DNA of 64,000 bases from contig NC_027218.1 in NCBI RefSeq assembly GCF_000981445.1, positions 3,286,001-3,350,000 on the forward strand. The letters run 5' to 3'. Made by a program: the position numbers and the translations under genes. Positions 23,094-33,836 of this stretch are shown piece after piece. How positions within the stretch are numbered: the stretch's first letter is position 1; each line of letters starts with the position of its first letter. The stretch is from Babesia bigemina. Lineage: Eukaryota. The notes beneath the pieces were generated by a model. It worked only from the letters and a program-made list of their open reading frames with translations. It was not told where the DNA came from and made no database searches.

Positions 23094-23737
23094 TTTAGCG
23101 TGCTTGGTTAACAGGGCGACGAGAACGTGCTAGATTGCAGCGACAGTGACGGCCGGCAATGCGCACCGTACGCGTTCGGCTGCGCTGTCTACTCAAAAGG
23201 GCGGGCCGCAATTAACGCCTAGCCTCAAGCTGAGGTGGCAGGTTGACGCAGAAACGCGACCGCGGCGGGTCAGCAACGGAGCGAGAGCGGCGAGCAGGCG
23301 CGACTAAACCCTTGCTGGCGCCCAGCGACAAATGGCCGGCTCTGACGCAACACACCCCGAACGTATAGAAACACACCTTAGCAAATTTTTGGCGCAAGGT
23401 GATCGCTAGGCCCAAAAAAAGGACGCAATGGAGCCGGCCGATAGAATCCATCGGCGCCCCATGTCACGGCGAGCTCGCCGTTTCCCAGCCGTAGCGCACA
23501 GTGCGGCCGCTTCAGTGTCAATTCAACCACCGGATTTATTCCGAAACGTAGCCTTCCAGCCGATCTTCGCGGAAGTTCCGATCCCTGAAGCCCGGCTAGG
23601 GGTCAAACCGTCTGGGCGCGTCGCACTCAACAGCACGCCAGACACCCGAATAAAACACCCGGACACCATACGCTATCGCAAGACCCCGGGGGGTGTCGGA
23701 GAGCTGTCTGTGGCGCAAAGATACCGCACTGGAGAAG

Positions 23738-25079
23738 ATGCAAAGACAAGTTGACGATAACGTTGACACGATGGCGCCCCTCGACGGGACCAGATGCATC
23801 ACGCGCCGCGACGGAAACTTCCTGTTCACGTCGGAAAGCGTCAACGAAGGCCATCCAGACAAAGTATGTGACCAGATAGCCGACGCCATCCTCGACGCCT
23901 GCCTGGAGCAGGACCCGCAGAGCAAGGTCGCCTGCGAGGTATGCGCCACGCAGCAGCTGGTCATGGTCTTCGGCGAGATCACCACCAACGCAGTGGTCGA
24001 CTACGAGGCGGTCGTACGCCAGGTGCTCGCCAACGTAGGCTACACGTCGGATGAAGTTGGTAGGTGACACCGTCACGCGATGAAAGGCTTCACGTGCCCC
24101 AGGTTTTGACGCCTCCACCGTGGAAGTGCTTGTGAAGCTGGCCCAGCAGGCGCCGGAAATCGCTAATGCGGTGCACATGGGACGCCCGCTCGAGGAAACT
24201 GCGGCAGGCGACCAGGGGATCATGTTCGGATACGCCTCCGACGAGACCCCGGAGCTCATGCCGCTGTCGCACGCCCTGGCCACAAAGCTTGGCAAGAGGC
24301 TCACGATGGTGCGCAAGTCAAATATCGTACCCTACCTCAGACCGGATGGGAAGACACAGATCACCGTGGAGTACCGCGGCGGCACCAACGGGCACCTGGA
24401 GCCCGTGCGCGTGCACACCGTTCTCATCTCAACCCAGCACGACCCTGCAGTAAGTTGGCCCATAGCCGTCGATATAGCGCGGCAGGTGACGCTGGATCGC
24501 CTTCGCAGCGACCTCATGGAGCATGTGGTGAGGCCCACCATCCCCGCCAAGTTCCTCGACAACGATACGGTCTACCTCCTGAACCCCTCAGGCACCTGGG
24601 CCCACGGAGGACCCGCCTGCGACTCGGGGCTCACGGGGCGCAAGATCGTCGTCGACACCTACGGCGGGTGGGGGGCTCACGGCGGCGGCTGCTTCTCCGG
24701 CAAGGATGCGACCAAGGTGGACCGCTCGGGCGCCTACTACTGCCGTCTGGTCGCGAAATCGCTCGTGGCAAACGGGTTCTGTAGGCGAGTACTCGTGCAG
24801 GTCGCCTACTCCATAGCGCTGTCTAGTCCGTTATCGCTGCACATAAACACCTTTGACACATGCGCCGACGGATTCGACGACCGCGACCTCGAGCAGATAG
24901 TCATGCGCAATTTCGACTTCAGGGTTGGGTGCATCATCAAGCAGCTGGATCTCACGAGGCCCATCTTCTCCAGGACCAGCTGCTACGGGCACTTCGGCAG
25001 GCACGGCGACGACTACACATGGGAGCGCTGCAAGGATCTTTCTCACGAGAAAGCCACGGCGAACCACGTAGCTAAATAA
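23738..25079 (+). CDS. MAT: S-adenosylmethionine synthetase
   Basis: [47 protein letters not shown] and GGGCFSGKD, with two short introns. Start may be 23738 or 23771. Confidence 0.96.
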
Positions 25080-25194
25080 TCGATCTATACACGCCCTGTA
25101 TACCTGCGCAGGCGCCCGGGGCCGGGTGGCGCGGTGGACACGCGAACCGCGGCGTGCCGCGCCTGCCAGTAAACATTGAAACAACAGCCTAAAA

Positions 25195-27176
25195 ATGACA
25201 CATTCACCGGACGACATCGATCCGGACTCAGGTGTATCGTACCGCCATTTGAATCACCCGGCTCACAAGTATACACTCTCACCCAAATTCCGAGCCAACG
25301 GAGGCGAGTTCATCGCCCTTCTAGCCATCAGCGCGCACATCCTCGGCATAATATACGCCATATTGTTCGTGCGGTCCAGCACACCCCCCGCGACCGCCTG
25401 GATTACCGGCTACTACGGACTCCTGCACCGGCAGAAGGATGTCGTAATCAATCCCTACGGCTCGTGGAGAGCCCGCCGCGGCGGCGCCGCAGCGGCGTCT
25501 CCTGAAGATGCCAGACCCTATGCGGACCTGCTTGACGATGTGTCGAGGCCGGCCGTCGAAAGGTACCTCCAGATAACTGCCCAGCGCAGACAGAGCGCCG
25601 ACCGCGGCGACGGCTGTCTGGCAACGCGGTACCTGGAGGAGCGGCTGCGAAACGTGCTCAACGGCGTTAGTAACGATGGAATCGCGGAGAAGTTCGCCTT
25701 AGACAGGTTCCAGAGCTTCACCTACGTCATGAGCGACGCGGAGCTGGTGGCGCAGGTGGTGAACGCGGTGAAGCGCTTCGACACACACGGGGCGGATATG
25801 CGCCTGTTCGGGGAGCCTGTGGCTGTGAAGGACAACATCTCGGTGCGCGACGTGCCATTCACCAACGGTAAGGTGCAATCCACAGCGGGCTAATCTCGGT
25901 TAGGCTCGCCGCTTCTGGTCGGCTACAAGCCCTCCTACACCGCGCCTGCCGTGGAGATGTTGCTGGATAACGGCGCCATAATCATCGGCAAGACGGCCAT
26001 GGACGAGTTTGGGGTGGGCTCGGCGACACGCGCTGCGCTCAACCCGTTCTCCACGGACCGCCTGACGGGAGGCTCGTCGGGGGGCTCCGCAAACGCAGTT
26101 GGCGGCGGAATCATAGAACTGGCGCTTGGAACCGACACGGGGGGATCAGTGATTGTGCCCGCAGGCTACTGCGGCTGCGTGGGATACCGCCCGTCGTTCG
26201 GGCTCATCAACAGGTTCGGCATGAGCGAACTCGCTGCCAAGTTCGACACCATCGGCACGTGCACGCGGAACGTTCTGGGCGCTGCGAGGCTTGCTGCTGC
26301 CATGATGGGGCCCGGCGCCGAAGTGACCACTAACGACCACACAGAGCACGTGCTTCGTGGCCTGGAAGAACTCATTTCTCGCGAAGGTGCAGACGATCGG
26401 GAATACCCTTTGAAAGGGTTGCGCATAGCCTCTATGGACACTGAAACGCTGGTGCGCGACGGTTTGCTCGACGAGGACGTCGCCGCCAACATGCGCAACG
26501 TGGAGGACGCTCTGCGAGGGCTGGGCGCCGAGGTGGTTTTGGTACCGCCGCTGCCCCTGAGGCTCGCAACCGAGTCTTACCACACCTACGTGGCGGCGCA
26601 GATGGCGAGCAACCTGCAGCGCTTCGCCGACCTGCTCTACCACCCCGCGGGGCATCATATGTCCCTGGATGACGTGACCGATAAGATGAGCGCCGACACT
26701 ACGAACAGGTTCCTTGCAGGTACGCCCCACATTGTGGTCTTAAATCAGCCATCACAGGCATCTCCATACTGCGGGGCAAACACGACGTTGAGGCTGTGCT
26801 GAAGCGGGTGAGGGAGGCCCTTGTTGCGTGGCTGGAGCAGAACGCCATTTTCAAAGACATCCCGCTGATACTGTCCCCTACAAGCGCACGTCTGCCGCCG
26901 TACAGAGACCCGGCAAAGAACAAGTCGCATGATCTGCTAAGGGTGGGTTATGTGTGTTTGGTGTCGTAACAGCACTTGCAGGATGACCTCTACGCGACCT
27001 TCGCACCTTTCATAGGCGCCTGCGCAGTCTCCTTCCCGACTGGAATGAGCGCTGACGGCATGCCTCACAGCGCGCAGCTGGTCGGGAAGCGGTTTGGGGA
27101 CGCCTTGTTGCTGGAGGTGGCTGCGACGTACGAGAAACGCGCGAGCCCATTTAAGAGCACGCCACCCACGGCATAG
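25195..27176 (+). CDS. gatA: Glutamyl-tRNA(Gln) amidotransferase subunit A (amidase), probably apicoplast-targeted
   Basis: GEPVAVKDNI, IIGKTAMDEFGVGS, GGSSGGSA, ALGTDTGGSV and GCVGYRPSFG. Hydrophobic leader and three introns; start uncertain. Confidence 0.85.
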
Positions 27177-27775
27177 GAATCTCCACCAGCTGTGAAGAAG
27201 CGCAGTAGGGTCGACGACGGTATGGAAGGTTTCTTGCGTCTGACCACGGGGGCGGATCAACACCAGTATTTTGTCTCGCCGGAGCTTCGATAAGGGGAGC
27301 CCGGATCACTCACGCCAGCATTGTACCACGCACAATGTAGTAATTATTGCGTCTGTACTGTTAATGTGTAGCGTGCCAGGCGCCTCGGCGCGGCAGCGAC
27401 GCGTGTTGGGATCAGCCGTAGCGGGTCCTCCGACTGACGCGCGACACCGACCCAGGTACTAGCACGCCCACGATCAGGGATAGTGCTTTATACTGTCGTT
27501 GCTGAGCAAGACGTAATACTCGAGTGCGGTCGGAGGATCGGCACTGAACGCGGCACACCCGTCCAGGCATGCCCCGGCAGTTACTGACGGTACCCAAGTG
27601 AAGCCTAATACACATTATCGCGCCAAGTGTGCTATCTGGAAACACGGCATCGGCGGGACGACAGGAAGGCTGACAAGGCGCCGAACGGAGAGGAACAACA
27701 TCGCATATTGGAGTCGCCGTCTCCAAGGAGCGGTGGCCATGAGACGAAGCTGAAGCTGCATGAGCCAGTAGAGAG

Positions 27776-28470
27776 ATGGATAGTACCAAAGCGGATGTGT
27801 CTCAAGGTAGCGCTGACGACAAAAGCGCCAACCAGGACTCCGGGCAGAAGGACCGGCGGCAGGCGTTCGACTGCAACATATGTTTCGAGGATGTCGTCGA
27901 GCCGGTGGTGACGCGCTGCGGACACCTGTTCTGCTGGGGATGCCTGCTCAACTGGCTTAACCGGGGCAGCGACACATGCCCAGTCTGCCATGCGTGCGTA
28001 ACCAAGGAGAACGTAGTGCCGCTGTACGGCCGCGGAGAGGAAAGCAAGGACCCTCGGTAAGTTATTTTCGTGACAGCAGTTGAGCTGACGCGCTCGCAGC
28101 TCGAAGCCCTCGGAGCCCAGGCCAGCCGCTGAGCGGCCGGAACCGCACCAGCACGACGATCACAACAATGTAGGCGCGGTAGGTGGCCGATGAGTGGTTA
28201 ATCACGTGGCGTTCAGGCGTTTGGCGGAATCGCAATATCACTTTTCGCCCTGCCAATCTCGTTTGTCATGCCGTTTCACTTCAACGGGCACATGGGAATC
28301 GGCCTCACCAACTTGTTTACCGTGCTCACCAACACCGACCAGATGACGCCAGGTCAGTTGCGGTTCGACCGCGATAACGCCGCGCAGAACAGAGGAGGGC
28401 GCACATCAACTCCTTCGTGCTCATAATGCTCGGGCTCACGATGATCGCCTACATCGTATTGGTGATGTGA
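27776..28470 (+). CDS. RNF5/RNF185-like C3HC4 RING E3 ligase with C-terminal TM
   Basis: FDCNICFEDVVEPVVTRCGHLFCWGCL...CPVCH...VVPLYGRG...DPR. Three introns; ends LGLTMIAYIVLVM*. Confidence 0.9.
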
Positions 28471-28846
28471 CGGCGGTGGAATCCTCCGCCGTGAGAAGGC
28501 CGAAGGCACGTGACGACCTTTCGCAAAGGATCTGCCACATATCGTGCCGTCGTTATCCAAATGATGTTGTACACTCATGGTATTAAAATCCGTTTGTCAA
28601 GCTGCGAGCCGTAGCGGCCGACGCCGCCGCTGCTGCGCGCACACCGAGGAAGTGGCCACACAAACTGCCGCTGCTATACGCCTAATTTACTGTAGTTTGA
28701 TTCATCGCTGCCTAAACTGTTGGTGTGTGCTAGGGCTGGTATCAGGCCGTGTTGAGATTGCTTGCTTCGGAGCGGCCGGGGTACACACTCCAGCGACTGG
28801 CATCTCGTCGGAAACAGAGCGGACAACACCCACCCCTGTGCGTAAA

Positions 28847-29373
28847 ATGGCGACTGATGCGAGCGCGGCGCCGCTACAGACGCTTTTCAGGTCCTATTCG
28901 GTAGGTCGGCATTGGCACTGTGCAAAACGCGCAGGGCGGCAAGAGCGTCATGAACTCCAGCAACGTCGACGAGCTGGTGCGCGAATTGGTAGGTTGAGAG
29001 GCGCGTGCCTACACGCTTGGCAGGGGTTCGCGCCATCCATGAAGGAGCTGGAAACTTTCAAGCACAAGGTCGGGGCGACATGCAGCGTCGACCAGGTACA
29101 GGAGCTCGTTAGCACCCTGGACCACCCGGAGGACACTGCGGAGAACTTCCTCATGTTCTTCAAGTTCTACGACCCCAACAACACCGGCACCATCAGCAGG
29201 GCGACGCTCGAGAAGCTGCTCGCAAACGTCGGCGAGCCGCTCAGCCAGAGCGAGCTGCAGGCCTTCTTCAGCAAGACCTGCGATTTCGGGGACCAGGTGC
29301 CATACGAAAAGCTCATCAGAACGTAAGTGGTCAAGAAAAGCATAAATTACGCCATAGGCTGTTAACGAAGTGA
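28847..29373 (+). CDS. Calmodulin-like / myosin light-chain-like EF-hand protein
   Basis: Spliced: ...VRELGFAPSMKEL...FKFYDPNNTGTISRATLEKLLANVGEPLSQSEL...QVPYEKLIRTLLTK*, with three introns. Confidence 0.82.
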
Positions 29374-29440
29374 CTGCGAACGCTCTTGGCGGTTAAAAAG
29401 TCGTGCGTGGAAAGGCAGGAAAAAGTGTTGCGGCGTGGAA

Positions 29441-30019
29441 TTAATCCCAATCATCGCCCAGCCCGTCCGGCCTAACGCTACGCCTCGGGGTTTTTTCTTT
29501 CTTTTTCTTCTGCTTCCCCTGAGCAGGTTTTTTTACGGCCGGTTCGGGTATTACCTTGGGCACGGCTTCTGGGGACTCTAGCGTTTTCTCTAGGGGATCT
29601 GGGATTACATGAGTGGCTTCGATTTTGCCCTCGTGGCCCTGGTCATGCGACTCACCTCCGCCTCCCTCGGGCAGCTTTTCTTTCTCAGGCAGGGGCACGG
29701 GGTGCAGCGTCTTCTCCTCCTTGACATTCTTGGTGACGCTCTCTTGGCCTTCGAGGGGCTTAGCTTTAGCTGGTTTTTGTTCCAAACCTTTGTATGTGTC
29801 GGTTCCAAGCCCTCCAGGAGACGGAATCGTGCCCTTCGCAGGCTTCGCAGGTCTGGGAAACGGCAAGCACTTGCCGAAAGAATCCAGACCTCGGCCGAAG
29901 CAATCGGCAGGGGCATCAAAGGCCCACTTCAGCGTGACGCAGTACCACACCGCATTTGCAGTTACTCCCAACCACGCCACGGTGAAGAGCAGAAAACACG
30001 CCTTGCCGCCGTAGTTCAT
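29441..30019 (-). CDS. Orphan secreted/exported protein, Lys/Pro/Glu-rich
   Basis: aaaATG context, signal peptide MNYGGKACFLLFTVAWLGVTANA, a short Cys-containing segment, then a low-complexity charged tail. Intronless. Confidence 0.65.
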   Translation of the reverse strand: MNYGGKACFLLFTVAWLGVTANAVWYCVTLKWAFDAPADCFGRGLDSFGKCLPFPRPAKPAKGTIPSPGGLGTDTYKGLEQKPAKAKPLEGQESVTKNVKEEKTLHPVPLPEKEKLPEGGGGESHDQGHEGKIEATHVIPDPLEKTLESPEAVPKVIPEPAVKKPAQGKQKKKKEKTPRRSVRPDGLGDDWD

Positions 30020-30349
30020 TTTCACAACAGCTTGTAATTTTCGAATATGAATATGGATATGTGCTTGTAGCACTGGGTTTTATCTATGGAGAACAGAAAA
30101 AATGTATCATGCATGAGTGCACGTGAATCGCACCACCACCACAAACCTACCGCCCGAGCAGACCAGGACGGATAGTCGATCGCAACAGCACGGCAATACG
30201 CAATCCACTATTGGAGCAAAATCCTGACGAGCACTCCAATCGACGACTCCGCAAGTACATATATTGCTCAACACTGCCAAGAGACGGAAGTGCCAAACCG
30301 GAAGAAAAGCGGGGATTTACCCATTAAAAATTATGAAACGGCGTCGTTA

Positions 30350-30361
30350 GTACACGTGTAC
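30350..30361. promoter_or_regulatory. Perfect 12-bp palindrome GTACACGTGTAC (double GTGTAC motif)
   Basis: Seen directly, about 330 bp upstream of the orphan secreted gene. Confidence 0.4.
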
Positions 30362-30872
30362 AAAAAGCGTAATGCACCGCAAAACGTCGCACGATGAACA
30401 GCTAGGGCTTCACGCCGGATCTGTAATACAACGACTACGTTGTTACAGACCCTAGGAGCCTATATTGTACAGGCTGCAATGGCAGCTTCGTTAGCTGTCT
30501 CGTATCTCCGACCGCCGTGATGTCGATGAGTGACGACGTTGCGGGAGCGGCGGAACGGGTCTCTTATGGGGATGGAGACGCAGGGTATCCCAAGACGTGA
30601 ATCAGCGGTGTTCTTCACGCGTATTACGGGGGAACCACTATGAGACAGCCGATAGTTACGCTTTCGAGAGACATCGAGGAAAACTACGCTGATGAAAATG
30701 CAGCTGCCGTGTCTCCTGCAGGGTCGGTAGCAGTGTGACGGGTGAGGAGGGCACAAGAGCAAAGCCTGTGCTGACGCCGTTGGTGCCTCGGCGTAGGTGC
30801 CACAACAGTTGTGCTCTGTCAATGAAACATCTGGCAGAAAATAATACATTATTTATGTCGCATTGTCCTCAG

Positions 30873-33527
30873 TCACTGCCACCACAGGTGCGAGTGGCCA
30901 GCGAAGTGGGAGTAGTTCGGCGGGATCACGTCCAGCAGCATGGCCTGCCTGAACAGCCGATTCTGCAGCGTATTCAGGTGGGCGTCAGCCTGCGTCGCAC
31001 CCGCTTCTTCGCCTTCTGCCGCCTTGATGGAGGCCAGGTCGATGAACTCCACAAAGTCCGATAGCATCTTCCTCTGCCGTTCGTGGATCGGTTTGGCATC
31101 GCTCTCTGGCTTAGAAGCGGCTGTATTCACTTCCTGAGTGCCGTCCACGCTCGACCGTTTGGGAGCAGCGGCTTTCTCCAACTGCCGAATGCGGAGGTGC
31201 AGCCAGTTCTCAAACGATATATACTCAAAAATCAGCCACCTAAACGCGTCGCACCTTCCAACATCGAACAGGTAGCGAATGTCGGCAGTGACAGCCGACT
31301 TAAGGGCTACATTTACGCACTGCAAATTGTTCAAACTGCTGGGCAGCAGATAGGGGAACTCGGTGTAGTAGTACAGCAGCGACATCGGCGGCATGAGGGA
31401 GTGACGAATATCCTTCAGCAGTTCAAGCTCGGGATCGCTCGGCGTTGGCGGCGGTAAGTCGCTTGGGAACCGCGCGGTGGCCTCGAGCTCGTGGCGCAGC
31501 CAGTCGAGCAGGCAGTACGGTGTAGCCACGAACCTGGTGCGTGCCAGCATGAGAACGCCCCTCTTCAGACCGTAACGGGCCATCAAATCAACACCATCTA
31601 TCTTGCCGGGGAAGTTGCGGGCTGACAATTTGGATTCGGTATCGACGCCCAGGCCGATCTCGGAAGCGACCACAAGCATGAACAGCTCCGCAAGCTCCGG
31701 CTTGAATATCCTCACACACTCCGTAGACCAAGCGATACTGCTCATATCCTCTTCGTCCGATTTGCTCTTTATAGCACGCTGAAAGAAGTGCTTAATCTTG
31801 GGCCACAACTGGTGGCCTACCGGCAGGTCGCCCTTTAGCATGTCGTACGCATTTATCATAGATTCCACCTCGTTGCGCCATTCACCCACGTTGCCTTTCT
31901 TTTCGTAGTCGATTTTCCGACGCCACAACAAGCGCATTAGGCACTTCAGCCGCAGATAGTGCACGACGTACACGTCCTTGCCCTCCAGGAACGGGTTGAT
32001 GTAATCGTTGCAGAGCAGCTGGCGATTCAGATTCATACGACCCATGATGAACGGGTTTATGCGCACAGTGCGCTTCGCGCCTGTGGGACAACAGCAGTAA
32101 TCTTTCCTCTCGCACGCGAAGAAACCGTCGTAGCATACCTCACCACGGAAGTACACAGGCTCTTTGCTCGAGAGGCCGGGGATATTGGAGCTCACGCGAA
32201 CGGCGTCACGCATGTCTTCGTTGTCATTGAATTGCGATACGACCTTGCCGTAGTACCTCAAACCTTTACGAGGTGCCATGCTGACACGCAGCTCGCCGAT
32301 GCGCTCATTCGCCACGCGGTACATTCCGGGGATCAGCCACCGATCCAGAGAGCTCTTCACCAGCTTGTCCAGGTTGTGTAACGGGCCCTTAATTCGCCCT
32401 TCCTCGCACATCTGCTCGGTGATGAGCATCAGCTCGACTACGTCGGGTCTCACGGTGCTCGCGGCCACAACGGTTATGGCGCCGGCGGAGCCACCGGTCA
32501 ACGGGGTGGTGGCGTTTAAGATGTTCATTTCGCTCAGGAAGCTAAGCGTTCCCATCAGATACGGGACCAGGAAGCCGCACGGCGCGAACGAAAAACCGAT
32601 GTCGGCAACGCTCTTGCCGACGGTGCCGATCTTGTCGATGGACACGTACGTCACGTGTTCAAACATCTCCGTCAAAGTCGCATCACGTGGCGGCTCTTCG
32701 TTCGGTCTCAGCTTCAAGTAGCCCCAGGATGCGTAGTCCATCAGCATGTCGTGTACGTAGCCCACGCCGGCACCCTTGCGACCCACGAACAGGTCAAGGT
32801 GCATGCATCGGTCCTCGACGGCGGACATATCGATGTTGCCAGTGGAAGATATGCGCTTCAACGCTTTGTTCACACTAGAAGCCAGCGACAAGAACAGCAT
32901 GGACATGCTGGGCGCGTTAGTGGAAACGTAATCACGTCTACTCTCAGCAGTCACCAGACCGATCTTGAATGGGCATTGGTACGCATCGAACGATGCCGTT
33001 TCGTCTGCGTCACGATCTTCATCGGGTTCATCTTTAGATTCTTCGCCCTCGGCCACGGAAGTTCGGGTGGTGATGACTTCGGAGGCCATGGCCTTGGCAC
33101 GGTAACACACGTGGAGCAGCAGGTCAATATACTGGTGGAGGCGGCCGTCTAAGTCGAGCGTCGACTCTTCAAACCGCTCGACGTTGATGCCCTGCGATGA
33201 AAGGTAGCTGATCACGCGGTCGGCGTTGAAGTGACTCGCAATCGCCGAACGATTCTGCACGCGATTGAACGTTTTCAGGAATAGGCGCGGGAGCCGGTGA
33301 TGCCACTGGCTCGACTCCATGAACGCGATAGACGGCCTTCCTGCCGCGTCACCGCCTTCTGACAGCGATAGACGTTTGAAGACGCCGACCAGCGCCTCTT
33401 CCACATCCTTGTTCACGGCGCGGACCGCGGACCACTCGTTACTACTGAGACCCAGCAGGCTGGTTCCGTTGTAGTTACGGAGCCCGCGTCTAAACTTTGC
33501 ACTCATTGGCGCTTCCTCCAAAGACAT
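30873..33527 (-). CDS. Patatin-like phospholipase (PNPLA type)
   Basis: GFSFAPCGFLVPYLMG (oxyanion loop), GGSAGA (nucleophile elbow), SSNIP and YDGFF (catalytic Asp). Confidence 0.85.
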   Translation of the reverse strand: MSLEEAPMSAKFRRGLRNYNGTSLLGLSSNEWSAVRAVNKDVEEALVGVFKRLSLSEGGDAAGRPSIAFMESSQWHHRLPRLFLKTFNRVQNRSAIASHFNADRVISYLSSQGINVERFEESTLDLDGRLHQYIDLLLHVCYRAKAMASEVITTRTSVAEGEESKDEPDEDRDADETASFDAYQCPFKIGLVTAESRRDYVSTNAPSMSMLFLSLASSVNKALKRISSTGNIDMSAVEDRCMHLDLFVGRKGAGVGYVHDMLMDYASWGYLKLRPNEEPPRDATLTEMFEHVTYVSIDKIGTVGKSVADIGFSFAPCGFLVPYLMGTLSFLSEMNILNATTPLTGGSAGAITVVAASTVRPDVVELMLITEQMCEEGRIKGPLHNLDKLVKSSLDRWLIPGMYRVANERIGELRVSMAPRKGLRYYGKVVSQFNDNEDMRDAVRVSSNIPGLSSKEPVYFRGEVCYDGFFACERKDYCCCPTGAKRTVRINPFIMGRMNLNRQLLCNDYINPFLEGKDVYVVHYLRLKCLMRLLWRRKIDYEKKGNVGEWRNEVESMINAYDMLKGDLPVGHQLWPKIKHFFQRAIKSKSDEEDMSSIAWSTECVRIFKPELAELFMLVVASEIGLGVDTESKLSARNFPGKIDGVDLMARYGLKRGVLMLARTRFVATPYCLLDWLRHELEATARFPSDLPPPTPSDPELELLKDIRHSLMPPMSLLYYYTEFPYLLPSSLNNLQCVNVALKSAVTADIRYLFDVGRCDAFRWLIFEYISFENWLHLRIRQLEKAAAPKRSSVDGTQEVNTAASKPESDAKPIHERQRKMLSDFVEFIDLASIKAAEGEEAGATQADAHLNTLQNRLFRQAMLLDVIPPNYSHFAGHSHLWWQ

Positions 33528-33836
33528 TGTGGTTAGTGAGCGCTATAGGAGGCAGCAGCAGATGCAGCGGCACGAACCGCCGCGGTCCGGCTAGTACGTG
33601 CTACTATGCGTTAAAAGATGCTCCGAGGAGTCCGTATATATACAGCTTTTTGCAGTGTGTACAGTGTATAGGGTAGAACGGGTCGATGACGCATACTCCA
33701 CGCGAATCGGTCGACCGACCACGTGTCAGAGGCGGACACTGCCGGCCAAATAAGCCACACCCGGGAACAAAAATTTTTAACCGATGCATCAGTTAGGATC
33801 GATATAACGTGATGTGGATGCGTAATGTGTACTAGT

